64,000 nt of DNA from Nitrospirota bacterium (GTDB lineage: Bacteria; Nitrospirota; Thermodesulfovibrionia; Thermodesulfovibrionales; JdFR-86). A program made the position numbers and the translations under genes. Positions within the stretch are counted from its first letter, which is position 1. Each line of letters opens with the position of its first letter. Under the pieces are notes generated by a model that saw nothing but the letters and a program-made list of their open reading frames with translations, was not told the DNA's origin and ran no database searches. Below, one piece after another: positions 19,044 through 36,449 of the stretch. Where the stretch lies: the NCBI GenBank assembly GCA_963721805.1, contig CAVRJY010000001.1, forward strand, positions 352,001 through 416,000. The letters are read 5' to 3'.

Positions 19044-19192
19044 GAATAATCATCCTTCTGCAGTGCGGCGAGTGCAAGAACCGTAACTACTCGACGATGA
19101 AGAACAAGAAGAACACGACCGAGAAGCTCGAACGCAGCAAGTACTGCAAGCACTGCAGGAAACACACGCCGCATAAGGAGACGAAGGCATAG
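19040..19192 (+). CDS. rpmG: 50S ribosomal protein L33 (50 aa, not in ORF track)
   Basis: [50 protein letters not shown]. Confidence 0.95.
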
Positions 19193-19200
19193 TCGTGATA

Positions 19201-19277
19201 AGGCCAGTAGCTCTAACGGCTAGAGCGTCGGACTCCAAATCCGAGTGTTGGGGGTTCGAATCCCTCCTGGCCTGCCA
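19201..19277 (+). tRNA. tRNA-Trp(CCA)
   Basis: Cloverleaf, anticodon CCA; between rpmG and secE. Confidence 0.95.
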
Positions 19278-19288
19278 TCGGAAAAAAC

Positions 19289-19474
19289 ATGCTCGATAAC
19301 GCGAAGCAGTTTATGAAGGAAGTCAAGGTGGAGGCCAAGAAGGTCGTCTACCCGAACCGCGAGGAGCTGATAGGCTCCACGTGGGTGGTGATCATCGCGG
19401 TGCTGATCGTATCGGTCTACCTCGGGGTCATAGACCTCGGGCTCTCGAAGATCGTCCGGGCATTGCTGCAGTAG
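19289..19474 (+). CDS. secE: Preprotein translocase SecE
   Basis: EAKKVVYP.REE plus TM helix; synteny. Confidence 0.93.
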   Translation: MLDNAKQFMKEVKVEAKKVVYPNREELIGSTWVVIIAVLIVSVYLGVIDLGLSKIVRALLQ

Positions 19475-19489
19475 AAAGGGAACTCCGAG

Positions 19490-20008
19490 ATGAACTGGTA
19501 TGTCGTGCACACGTATTCGGGGTTCGAGGCCAAGGTTAAGCTCTCCATAGAGGAGAAGGCGGTCAAGGACGGCCTGCAGGACCGGGTCGGCCGCATACTT
19601 ATCCCGAGCGAGAAGGTCATGGAAGTCCGGGGCGGCAAGAAGAAAGAGGCCGAGAAGAAGTTCTACCCCGGCTACATACTCATGGAGATGGTCCTGGACG
19701 ACGAGACCTGGCACCTGGTGCGGAACACCCCGCGCGTTACGGGGTTCGTGGGCGGCATGAAGCCCGTGCCGGTCTCGGAGGACGAGATCCAGCAGATACT
19801 CCTTCAGCTCGAGCGCGGCCCCAAGGCCAAGGTCAAGACCCAGTTCGAGCAGGGCGAGCAGGTGCGCATCACCGACGGGCCGTTTACGAACTTCACCGGA
19901 GTGGTCGAGGACGTGGACATGGAGCACGCGAGGCTCCGCGTCATGGTCAGCATCTTCAGCCGCCAGACGCCGGTGGACCTTAATTTCTTCCAGGTAGAGA
20001 AGGTTTAG
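19490..20008 (+). CDS. nusG: NusG
   Basis: WYVVHTYSG, PGYI, KOW domain. Confidence 0.97.
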   Translation: MNWYVVHTYSGFEAKVKLSIEEKAVKDGLQDRVGRILIPSEKVMEVRGGKKKEAEKKFYPGYILMEMVLDDETWHLVRNTPRVTGFVGGMKPVPVSEDEIQQILLQLERGPKAKVKTQFEQGEQVRITDGPFTNFTGVVEDVDMEHARLRVMVSIFSRQTPVDLNFFQVEKV

Positions 20009-20066
20009 CTTTACGCACCTCGGGGCGCTCCCTCGCCCCGTGACAGAATAGGAGGCATTGAAACAG

Positions 20067-20495
20067 ATGGCTAAGAAGGAAGTTCAGGCGCTCGTAAAGC
20101 TTCAGATACCGGCTGGCAAGGCCAACCCGGCCCCGCCGATAGGCCCGGCGCTCGGCCCTCACGGCGTCAACATAATGGAGTTCTGCAAGGCGTTCAACTC
20201 CCAGACCGGGCAGATGGGCGACACCATCGTGCCGGTGCTGATGACGATCTATAACGACCGCAGCTTCACGTTCATCCTCAAGACCCCGCCGGCCTCGCAG
20301 CTCGTGAAGAAGGCCGCCGGCGTCGCGAAGGGATCGGGCAAGGCCGGCAAGGAGAGCGCCGGGACGATCAAGACCGAGCAGGTGCGCGCCATGGCCGAGA
20401 CCAAGCTCCCGGACCTCAACACCAAGAGCGTCGAGGCCGCGATGAGGACGATCGTAGGCACCGCGCGCTCGATGGGCATACAGGTCGCAGATTAA
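20067..20495 (+). CDS. rplK: 50S ribosomal protein L11
   Basis: [16 protein letters not shown]. Confidence 0.97.
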   Translation: MAKKEVQALVKLQIPAGKANPAPPIGPALGPHGVNIMEFCKAFNSQTGQMGDTIVPVLMTIYNDRSFTFILKTPPASQLVKKAAGVAKGSGKAGKESAGTIKTEQVRAMAETKLPDLNTKSVEAAMRTIVGTARSMGIQVAD

Positions 20496-20529
20496 TCATT
20501 ACCATCCCCCTGGGGGGATGTCAATATAT

Positions 20530-20653
20530 TCTCCATTCATAAATCAGGATGGAAACGCGAAGGCAAGCGAGCGGCGACGAGACAGTACTGATAGTACGGA
20601 GAGGAGCCGCGCAGCGAAGCCGACAAAGTTAACGCCTGATTTGGGAATGGAGA
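20530..20653. repeat. 124-bp ERIC/MITE-like palindromic element between rplK and rplA
   Basis: Terminal IRs TCTCCATTC..AAATCAGG / CCTGATTT..GAATGGAGA; inner GCGGC..GTACTGATAGTAC..GCCGC. Confidence 0.7.
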
Positions 20654-20672
20654 TTGCGGGAGAGCTAAAATA

Positions 20673-21371
20673 ATGGCTAAACTAGGCAAGAAGCTTGCCG
20701 AATCTTTAAAGCTCGTGGACCGCGCGCGCGAATATCCGCTTGCTGAGGCCGTCGCGCTCGTAAAGAAGGCCAAGTGCGCCAAGTTCGACGAGACCGTCGA
20801 TCTGGCGATCAACCTGGGCGTTGACCCCAAGAAGTCAGACCAGATGGTCCGCGGCACCGTGCAGCTTCCGCACGGCACCGGCAAGACCGTCCGCGTGCTC
20901 GTCTTCGCCAAGGGCGAAAAAGAGAAAGAGGCCGAGGCGGCCGGCGCGGACTTTGTCGGCGGCGACGACCTCGTCGAGAAGATAAAGGGCGGCTGGATGG
21001 AGTTTGACAGCGCGGTCGCGACCCCCGACATGATGGGCACCGTAGGCAAGATCGGCAAGATCCTGGGCCCTAGAGGCCTTATGCCGAACCCCAAGCTCGG
21101 CACCGTCACGATGGACGTCGGCAAGGCCGTGAAAGAGATCAAGGCCGGCAAGGTCGACTTCCGCGTCGAGAAGGGCGGGATCATCCACGTCATGGTCGGA
21201 AAGTGCTCGTTCAGCGAGGCCGCGCTCGAGGAGAACACCCGCTCGGTCGTAAGCGCCCTCGTCAAGGCCAAGCCGGCCACGAGCAAGGGCAGGTACATGA
21301 AGAAGTTTTCGATCTCATCGACCATGGGCCCCGGCATCAAGGTCGACCTCTCAAGCGTATCGGAGAAATAA
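20673..21371 (+). CDS. rplA: 50S ribosomal protein L1
   Basis: [18 protein letters not shown]. Confidence 0.97.
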   Translation: MAKLGKKLAESLKLVDRAREYPLAEAVALVKKAKCAKFDETVDLAINLGVDPKKSDQMVRGTVQLPHGTGKTVRVLVFAKGEKEKEAEAAGADFVGGDDLVEKIKGGWMEFDSAVATPDMMGTVGKIGKILGPRGLMPNPKLGTVTMDVGKAVKEIKAGKVDFRVEKGGIIHVMVGKCSFSEAALEENTRSVVSALVKAKPATSKGRYMKKFSISSTMGPGIKVDLSSVSEK

Positions 21372-21576
21372 CCCGCCGCCCCTGCGAGGGGGCCAGGGTT
21401 TTTCATATAAGCTGTAGCGGCAGGGGCAAGGTGAGCGCAACAGACACCAGCCCTACAAGTTGGCGGGGTACCGGATCGGGCCTCTGCAAAAAATCCCCCC
21501 GGCGGGACCGGGTGGATTTTGTCGTTTCGCGAGTATCGCCGTCCGGCCTGGCCGGGCGTTATACAAATACTGAGTC

Positions 21577-21660
21577 AGAGACAGCAGGCGGGTGGGGCCG
21601 GGGCATCCGGTGAACCCCACCTTTAATTGCCGGAAGTTCAGGGGCGGCCTGCCGAGACGC
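21577..21660 (+). promoter_or_regulatory. L10 leader RNA
   Basis: AGACAGCAGG...TTAAT...CCTGCCGAG upstream of rplJ. Confidence 0.75.
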
Positions 21661-21691
21661 TGCTTTCCCGCGTCTCAGACGGGAAAGGAGG

Positions 21692-22222
21692 ATGGTTCTG
21701 AAAAACAGGGTAGAGAAAAAAGCGGACCTCGATTCGCTTAAGGAGAAGTTTTCGCGCGCCAAGGGCATAGTCCTGGCCGAGTACAAGGGCATGACCGTGG
21801 CCGAGGTGAGCGAACTGCGCGACAAGTACCGCGCGCTCGGCATAGAGTACAAGGTCGTCAAGAACACGATCGCCCGCATCGCATCGGAAGGGACCTCGGT
21901 GGAGTCCGCGAAGGCTTCATTCAAGGGCCCGCTCGGCGTGGCCATCGGTTACGACGACGCGGTGACGGTCGTGCGCGAGGCGCTCGAGTACGCAAAGAAG
22001 AACGAGAAGTACGTGGTCAAGTGCGGCGTAGTCGACGGGATGTTCTGCGATACGGGCAACATCAAGAAGATCGCGAGCCTGCCGACGAGGCCGGTTCTGC
22101 TCAGCATCCTGGCCGGTACGATGCAGGCTCCGGCCACCAAGATGGCACAGCTGCTTTCGGCCACGGTCACGCGTTTTGCGTACGCGATGACGGCCCTCAA
22201 GGACAAGCGCGCCGCCGAGTAG
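21692..22222 (+). CDS. rplJ: 50S ribosomal protein L10
   Basis: YKGMTV, KVVKNT; synteny. Confidence 0.95.
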   Translation: MVLKNRVEKKADLDSLKEKFSRAKGIVLAEYKGMTVAEVSELRDKYRALGIEYKVVKNTIARIASEGTSVESAKASFKGPLGVAIGYDDAVTVVREALEYAKKNEKYVVKCGVVDGMFCDTGNIKKIASLPTRPVLLSILAGTMQAPATKMAQLLSATVTRFAYAMTALKDKRAAE

Positions 22223-22289
22223 TCCGCCTTGCGGATGCCGGAATGGCGATTATACGACTAACGAAATACAGCCTCAGGAGGACACATAA

Positions 22290-22670
<381 letters not shown>

Positions 22671-22730
22671 CGGCCCGTCATTGCCGTGTGGTTAAGTTGT
22701 TAACAAACAACCGGAGGGCAAGGGGTAAAT

Positions 22731-30832
<8,102 letters not shown>

Positions 30833-30855
30833 GTAACCGCTATTAGCTAGCGATC

Positions 30856-30896
30856 AACGGGGGAGGGCTTTTCAGCCCTCCCCCGTTTTCTTTTTT
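30856..30896 (+). terminator. Rho-independent terminator of rpoC
   Basis: AACGGGGGAGGGCT-TTTC-AGCCCTCCCCCGTT plus T tract. Confidence 0.9.
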
Positions 30897-31190
30897 CAAA
30901 GCGCTCCAAATCGCTTGATACTGCGTTGGGCATTGAAGACTCGCCCTCTATGTACGCCCAAGTACACCATAGGGGTGCCACGGGCACCTCTCCTGAAGGA
31001 AAGGGCCAGTCGGCCCCTTGTCTGAAGACGATTTGGGCGCGCTTTCGGGGGGCACGGACGAAGGACGCCCCCCGCGCCCCATGAGGTCAACGGCTTTAAC
31101 TAGAGATGAGCGCTGTGGCGCGAATAGTGAAAGGGGTCCATGACCCCGCGAATAGTGAGAGGTGCCCGTGGCACCCGTGGCACCCCAGTG
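30893..31190. repeat. GTAC-hairpin element with inserted REPs and REP module
   Basis: Near-identical to 32203-32412 and 52897-53105. Confidence 0.9.
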
Positions 31191-31285
31191 AATATCGGGC
31201 GCTCAGCACGTTGGGTCCGGCCTATTAATTATAACTTGAGCATAAGGCCCCACCGGTGTATAATACCCGCAATGGGGGATTTGCC

Positions 31286-32176
31286 GTGAAGCTCACGCAT
31301 GATGTTGTGACCATCGATGGCAAACTGTTGTTGCCTGCCGGGACAGCGCTCTCGGATTCTGTGCTTGACGGGCTCTCATCCGGGAAAAAGGCATCCGGGG
31401 TCAAGACGTTCCCCCTTATGGAGCACAATAATGTCGAGGAGAACCTCCTTACTTTCTTGTGCTCATATCCCTACAATAACCTCTTTCGTGAGGAAGACGA
31501 CATCTCCTTGCTGCTGGATGAGATGCGCGAGGTGCGGCTTTCCATCGAGGTGCTGGAATCTCTCGACTATTTTATCGCGCGTGACCCGTACAGCTACAGG
31601 CATTTCCTCCTCGTGTTCGCGGTATCCACGCTCCTGGCGAAAGACCTTGTCCCGGACAAGGAGGCCCGCATAATGCTGACGGCCACGGGACCTGCGCACG
31701 ATATAGGGAAGACGTGCGTTCCGATAGGCGTGCTGAAAAAGGTCGCGCCCCTCACCGCTGAGGAGAAGGGCATGATCGACAACCATTCTCTGGCCGGGTA
31801 TGTGCTGCTCGGATATTATATCGGAGACTTCGGGCACCTCGCGCCCATAGTCGCCAGAGACCACCATGAACGCCGGGACGGCTCCGGCAAGCCCTCCGGC
31901 AAGAGGCTGGACAATTTCATGACGGAAATAATAGCGGCCTGCGATGTTTATGATGCCCTGATATCGCCGAGGCCGTACAGAAACGAGGCGTATAATAACA
32001 GGTCGGCGTTGGAGGTTTTGACGGAGATCGGCGAAAAGCAGCAGATAAGCCTTGATATCATCAGGGCGCTTATAGCCAGAAACAGAAAGTCCAAACCTGA
32101 TTACAGGGACTTCGTGCTGTCGTCGTACAAGCGGGGGATCGAGCCGAAGGTTAATTCGTATGGGGTAGTTCAGTAG
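31286..32176 (+). CDS. HD-GYP domain protein (GYP reads GKP)
   Basis: HDIGK, HHERRDGSGKP, DVYDALISPRPYR. Confidence 0.88.
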   Translation: MKLTHDVVTIDGKLLLPAGTALSDSVLDGLSSGKKASGVKTFPLMEHNNVEENLLTFLCSYPYNNLFREEDDISLLLDEMREVRLSIEVLESLDYFIARDPYSYRHFLLVFAVSTLLAKDLVPDKEARIMLTATGPAHDIGKTCVPIGVLKKVAPLTAEEKGMIDNHSLAGYVLLGYYIGDFGHLAPIVARDHHERRDGSGKPSGKRLDNFMTEIIAACDVYDALISPRPYRNEAYNNRSALEVLTEIGEKQQISLDIIRALIARNRKSKPDYRDFVLSSYKRGIEPKVNSYGVVQ

Positions 32177-32202
32177 ATATTCATATTCTTTTTTGTTTCT
32201 TT

Positions 32203-32412
32203 TTTGAAAGCGCGCCCAAATCGCTTGATACTGCGTTGGGCTTCAAAGACTCGCCCTCCATGTACGTCTCAGTACACCATCGGGGTGCCACGGGCACCTC
32301 TTTCCAAGGAGAGGGGCCAACCGGCCCCCCTTGCCTGAAGACGATTTGGGCGCGCTTTCGGGGGCACGGAAGAAGGTCGCCCCCCGCGCCCCGGTGGTCA
32401 ACGGCATTGATT
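32203..32412. repeat. GTAC-hairpin element between convergent genes
   Basis: Same consensus, with two REP palindromes in one arm. Confidence 0.9.
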
Positions 32413-32414
32413 GG

Positions 32415-33143
32415 TTATCGCGCGTGCGGATCAGCGCCTTTTGATATCAGAAACCGTGCGGTTTCAGCTGCTCCCATAGTCGATGCCAGCATCCAGGCGG
32501 TTATCCCATAATCGTTCGAGGCATTTACATCAGCGCCATTTGAGAGGAGAGTTTCCGCAATCTCCGCATATGCCATTGAGGACGCCATCATTAATGCGGT
32601 CGTGCCCGTTTTCGATTTTGTATTTACATCAGCGCCGCCTGATATGAGAGCCAATACGATGTCATGTTTCCCCATGCCGACCGCCATAAATAATGCGGTG
32701 TTACCAACTCTATTCTTGGCTTCCAGATCAGTGCCTTTTGATATGAGGGCCTGGACAACTTCAGGATGCCCGGCAAAGCACGCCAAACTTAAAGATGTTT
32801 CACCATCGCAATTCTTGGCATTCACGTCGGCACCATTTGATATAAGAGCCTGCATAATTGCGATGTCCCCAACCGCTGCTGCCAACATCAGGGCAGTTCC
32901 ACCATCCGTGTCCGCGGCATTCACGTCAGCGCCGTTTTCTATCAGGATACGTACAACGTCAGGATGCTCCATGACTGATGCGCACATCAAGGCCGTCTTC
33001 CCGAAATTGTCGGCGGCATTCACGTCAGCGCCACTGGAAATAAACTTTTGTACGGTATCGGCAAGCCCATCCAGGGACGCGGCCATAAGGACAGTCTTGC
33101 CCAGATTGTTTCGGCCATTGACGCCCGTAACCGGTCCCTTCAT
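32415..33143 (-). CDS. Ankyrin repeat protein (~7 repeats)
   Basis: Repeated G.TALM.A...G....V..LI..GADVNA units. Confidence 0.93.
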   Translation of the reverse strand: MKGPVTGVNGRNNLGKTVLMAASLDGLADTVQKFISSGADVNAADNFGKTALMCASVMEHPDVVRILIENGADVNAADTDGGTALMLAAAVGDIAIMQALISNGADVNAKNCDGETSLSLACFAGHPEVVQALISKGTDLEAKNRVGNTALFMAVGMGKHDIVLALISGGADVNTKSKTGTTALMMASSMAYAEIAETLLSNGADVNASNDYGITAWMLASTMGAAETARFLISKGADPHAR

Positions 33144-33151
33144 CGCGCCGC

Positions 33152-34759
33152 CTACTGCTTGAACAAATCTTTCTGCGTCGTCTTCGTTTCCTTGGCCGCC
33201 TGTTTGAAGGTCAGCCCCCCGGCCCCGAGGTCGGGATAGACCGGCCTCTCGGTCCCATCTAACAGACCCTGTATCGTAAGGATCTGGATCTTGGGGAAGC
33301 TCCGGCCAGTCAGCTCAGAGAGGTAATACCCGGCCTTCGTGGCCTCGACCTCCATGGGCTTGGTTTTTTCGGCGAGCGTGACGAACAGCCCTATCTGGGC
33401 CTTGTCGCGCTCGATCACGCCTACGAGGTCGCGCACCATAGCGACCGAGACGTTCTCGCCGCCCTTGACCGAGACTATGATCTTTCCGGTCGTCTTCTGG
33501 TCTTCATGGAAGTAGATGATCCCGTCGATGCCGCTGTCAGCGCCCTTCTTCTTGCCCTGATACGGGATAGCGCCGACGAGAGAGCAGGCCCACCATTGGA
33601 ACTGGTACTTGTCGCGCTCGGCGAGATTGCGCGCTCCGTCATAGTCCTTGGGCGTGCCGTGTATCTCGAACTTGATGCCGGGGAACGCGTCCTTCATCCG
33701 CTTCTCTATGAGCGAGATAGCGAGGTGCGTAACGTCTATGCCTATCCACTTGCGATTCAGCTTCTCGGCCGCGTGGATCGCGGTGCCGCATCCGCAGAAC
33801 GGATCGAGCACCACATCACCCTCGTTGGAAGAGGCCTTGAGGATGCGCTCAAGCAGGGCAAGGGGTTTTTGGGTTGGATAGCCAAGGCGCTCTTGTGCCT
33901 GTGAGTTTATAAAGGGTATGTCATCCCAAATTGTCGTGACAGTAGTGCCTTTCATCTCATCTAGATACCGCTTATATCTTGGCATCCCTGAACTTGTATA
34001 AACCAAGCGGCCCTCGTCATGATTATGCTGCATTCTCTCTTTAGTCCAACGCCAAACTTTCATTATTCCATTCCATTCGTATGTCAAGTTAGGACGATTT
34101 TTGTTTGGATTTGTGCAATCGCTTAAAGTGTATCGTCTGCCTGATTCTGGATCGACATTAGAATAGTGGCTATCCAAATAGTCGGTATCATAAGAAGAAA
34201 ACTGAGTATTCCATATCGTATTACTGCTTTTTGAGTAAAACAGAATTACATCATGAGTAGAAGGAAAGCGAGTAAAGGCGTGCCCTTTGGGGTCTGAGCG
34301 TTTCCATATTATCTCATTTCTGAAATTCTCTTTCCCAAACACACCGTCCAGCACGATCTTGAGGTAATGGCTTGCGGTGGGGTCGCAGTGGAGATAAAGG
34401 CTTCCGGTAGGCTTGAGCACGCGGTGGAGTTCGATCAGGCGGTTAGCCATCATGGTAAGGTAGGCCATCATGTCGTTTTCGCCGAGGAAGCGGCGCAGGG
34501 CCTGAATCATCTCGGCGACATTGGTGTTGCGGCCATGGATGATCTGGGCGAACTCGGCCTCGGCCTGATGGCCCCAGTGCCACGTGTCCTCGAAGGCCTC
34601 TATCTGGGCATGGCTCTCGTGGCCCTTGGGGGACTTAAACAGGACGTTGTAGGTGGCCGAGCTGTTAAACGGCGGGTCGAGGTATACGAGGTCGACGGAC
34701 TCGTCCTTTATCTCGTCCCGGAGCACTTGGAGGTTGTCGCCGAAATATAGCGCGTTCAT
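33152..34759 (-). CDS. Beta-class N4/N6 DNA methyltransferase fused to a C-terminal Mrr-like domain
   Basis: DPPF, YPTQKP, DPFCGCGT; C-terminal ADSGIDG..IVSVKGG. Confidence 0.9.
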   Translation of the reverse strand: MNALYFGDNLQVLRDEIKDESVDLVYLDPPFNSSATYNVLFKSPKGHESHAQIEAFEDTWHWGHQAEAEFAQIIHGRNTNVAEMIQALRRFLGENDMMAYLTMMANRLIELHRVLKPTGSLYLHCDPTASHYLKIVLDGVFGKENFRNEIIWKRSDPKGHAFTRFPSTHDVILFYSKSSNTIWNTQFSSYDTDYLDSHYSNVDPESGRRYTLSDCTNPNKNRPNLTYEWNGIMKVWRWTKERMQHNHDEGRLVYTSSGMPRYKRYLDEMKGTTVTTIWDDIPFINSQAQERLGYPTQKPLALLERILKASSNEGDVVLDPFCGCGTAIHAAEKLNRKWIGIDVTHLAISLIEKRMKDAFPGIKFEIHGTPKDYDGARNLAERDKYQFQWWACSLVGAIPYQGKKKGADSGIDGIIYFHEDQKTTGKIIVSVKGGENVSVAMVRDLVGVIERDKAQIGLFVTLAEKTKPMEVEATKAGYYLSELTGRSFPKIQILTIQGLLDGTERPVYPDLGAGGLTFKQAAKETKTTQKDLFKQ

Positions 34760-34835
34760 CGTGGGGATATGTTAACGCAACTTGAAGCAGGGTTGCCAAT
34801 ATATTTTCATTGAACTGGCACGGTTTCCCCTTATC

Positions 34836-35254
34836 ATTAACCGCTGTTTATAAATATTTTCGAGGGCCGCACTTTTTTACAAACCTCTGTTATTAATATA
34901 AACCGTAGTTGGATCGACATTTGCGCCGGGGTATGCTTCAATACGTGATGATGCTCGGATGGGTATTTTTGAGAGCGCGGAAAGGGCGGCCGGAGCCGAT
35001 GGGATACGCGGAAAACGTTTCTGAACGCCTGAACACGGGGGTCGAGAAAAAGCGATGAATTCCGCTGTGTTAGATCATGTTTTCTTCGTTCATTTGAACG
35101 CTCTAAAAAAATACGCGCGGCCGTGCGCAGTAAGTACATATATAACTAAGCCGTTGACCGCTCTAATCATGCCGTTGACCTTGGGGGCGCGGGGGGCGAC
35201 CTTTTTCCGTGCCCCCCGAAAGCGCGGCCAAATCGGCTTCAGACAAGGCAGGGC
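34836..35254 (+). repeat. Diverged long-form repeat element, left part (interrupted by IS30)
   Basis: ATATAAACCGTAGTT, CTGAACGCCTGAACA, GCCGTTGACC...GAAAGCGCGGCCAAATCGGCTTCAGAC. Confidence 0.75.
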
Positions 35255-36349
35255 CGCGGATTGTAATGTGAAGTGCAACACCTGTGAAAGAAAAAGCCCA
35301 TCGTCATCCTGTTCTGTTAGAGTCAAGTACCAACCAGACGAAACAGAGAGGGAGGGACGATGGGCTACAGTCATTTTAGCATTGATGAGCGGGAGGGCAT
35401 CGCAAGGATGCGTTATGCGGGGGTGAGCATACGTGAGATCGGGCGCCAGCTTGGCCGCTCGCCATCGAGCGTGAGCCGGGAGCTGCGGCGCAACACGAAG
35501 AAGTCTTTCTATGGCGCGCACGCCGCAACCGTGCTCTATGTCCGCCGAAGGCATTTTGCGAGCAGACGCCTGAAGCGCTGGCCGGACGGCCTGATCGGCT
35601 ATGCGATGGCGGGACTTTGCAGGCGTTGGTCGCCGGAGCAGGTGTCGGGCCGCCTTAAGCTTGACCATCCACATAGCACAGAGATGCGGATATCCTTTGC
35701 CACGCTATACAGATGGATACGGCAGGACAGGGCGATGGGGGGCTCGATGCATCGCATGCTGAGGCGTAAGGGAAGGAGCTACAGAAAAGCCCGGGGGCCT
35801 GAGACCAGGGGCCGGTTCAATGGGGCGTTGAGCATCAGGCAGCGCCCCGAGATCGTGGTCCGGAAGGGACGCTTCGGGGATTGGGAGGCGGATACCGTCT
35901 ACGGGTTCGACGGGAAAACGTGCATCGCAACGTTTAACGAGCGCAAGAGCCTCTACCTTATATCGAGGAAGATGCCGAGGCCCGGCTCGGAGGCGTTGAG
36001 GGAGGCCGCCGTATCGGCGCTGGGAGGCCTGCGGCAGGGCATGCGTATGACCATGACCGTGGACAGGGGCAGCGAGTTTGCATGCTACAGGGACTTAAAA
36101 TACATGATGGGGATCGACGTATACTTCGCCGACCCCTATTGCTCATGGCAGCGCGGCCAGAACGAAAACCTCAACGGGCTGCTGCGGCAGTACTTTCCGA
36201 AGGGGATCGACTTCAACACAGTAACGCAGGAGCAGCTGGATCGCGTCGTTGATGAGATTAACAACAGACCAAGAAAAACGCTGGACTACAGGGCACCCGC
36301 CGAGGTTGCGGCAAATGCGCGCCTGTTGCACTTGGCTTGACAATCCACT
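35255..36349 (+). mobile_element. IS30-family insertion sequence (1095 bp)
   Basis: Imperfect 26-bp IRs (GGATTGT...AAGTGCAACA); probable 2-bp GC duplication. Confidence 0.92.
35360..36340 (+). CDS. IS30 DDE transposase
   Basis: HTH LGRSPSSVSRELRRN, WSPEQ, GDWEADT, DRGSEF, QRGQNENLNGLLRQYFPKG. Confidence 0.96.
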   Translation: MGYSHFSIDEREGIARMRYAGVSIREIGRQLGRSPSSVSRELRRNTKKSFYGAHAATVLYVRRRHFASRRLKRWPDGLIGYAMAGLCRRWSPEQVSGRLKLDHPHSTEMRISFATLYRWIRQDRAMGGSMHRMLRRKGRSYRKARGPETRGRFNGALSIRQRPEIVVRKGRFGDWEADTVYGFDGKTCIATFNERKSLYLISRKMPRPGSEALREAAVSALGGLRQGMRMTMTVDRGSEFACYRDLKYMMGIDVYFADPYCSWQRGQNENLNGLLRQYFPKGIDFNTVTQEQLDRVVDEINNRPRKTLDYRAPAEVAANARLLHLA

Positions 36350-36443
36350 GCGAGAAGACCGCCCGATGGTGTACTGTGACGTACATAGAGGGCGAGTCTT
36401 CGATGCCCAACGACGTATCAAGCGATTTGGAGCGCTTTGAAAA
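36350..36443 (+). repeat. Right part of the IS30-interrupted repeat element
   Basis: GCGAGAAGACCGCCC..GTACTGTGACGTAC..GCGATTTGGAGCGCTTTGAAA. Confidence 0.9.
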
Positions 36444-36449
36444 GGGGAG

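Noticed and set aside
30896..31090. Short ORFs within short repeat copies (also 15222, 32236, 52874)
   Set aside because: They are translations of the same repeat, with inconsistent starts and on either strand.
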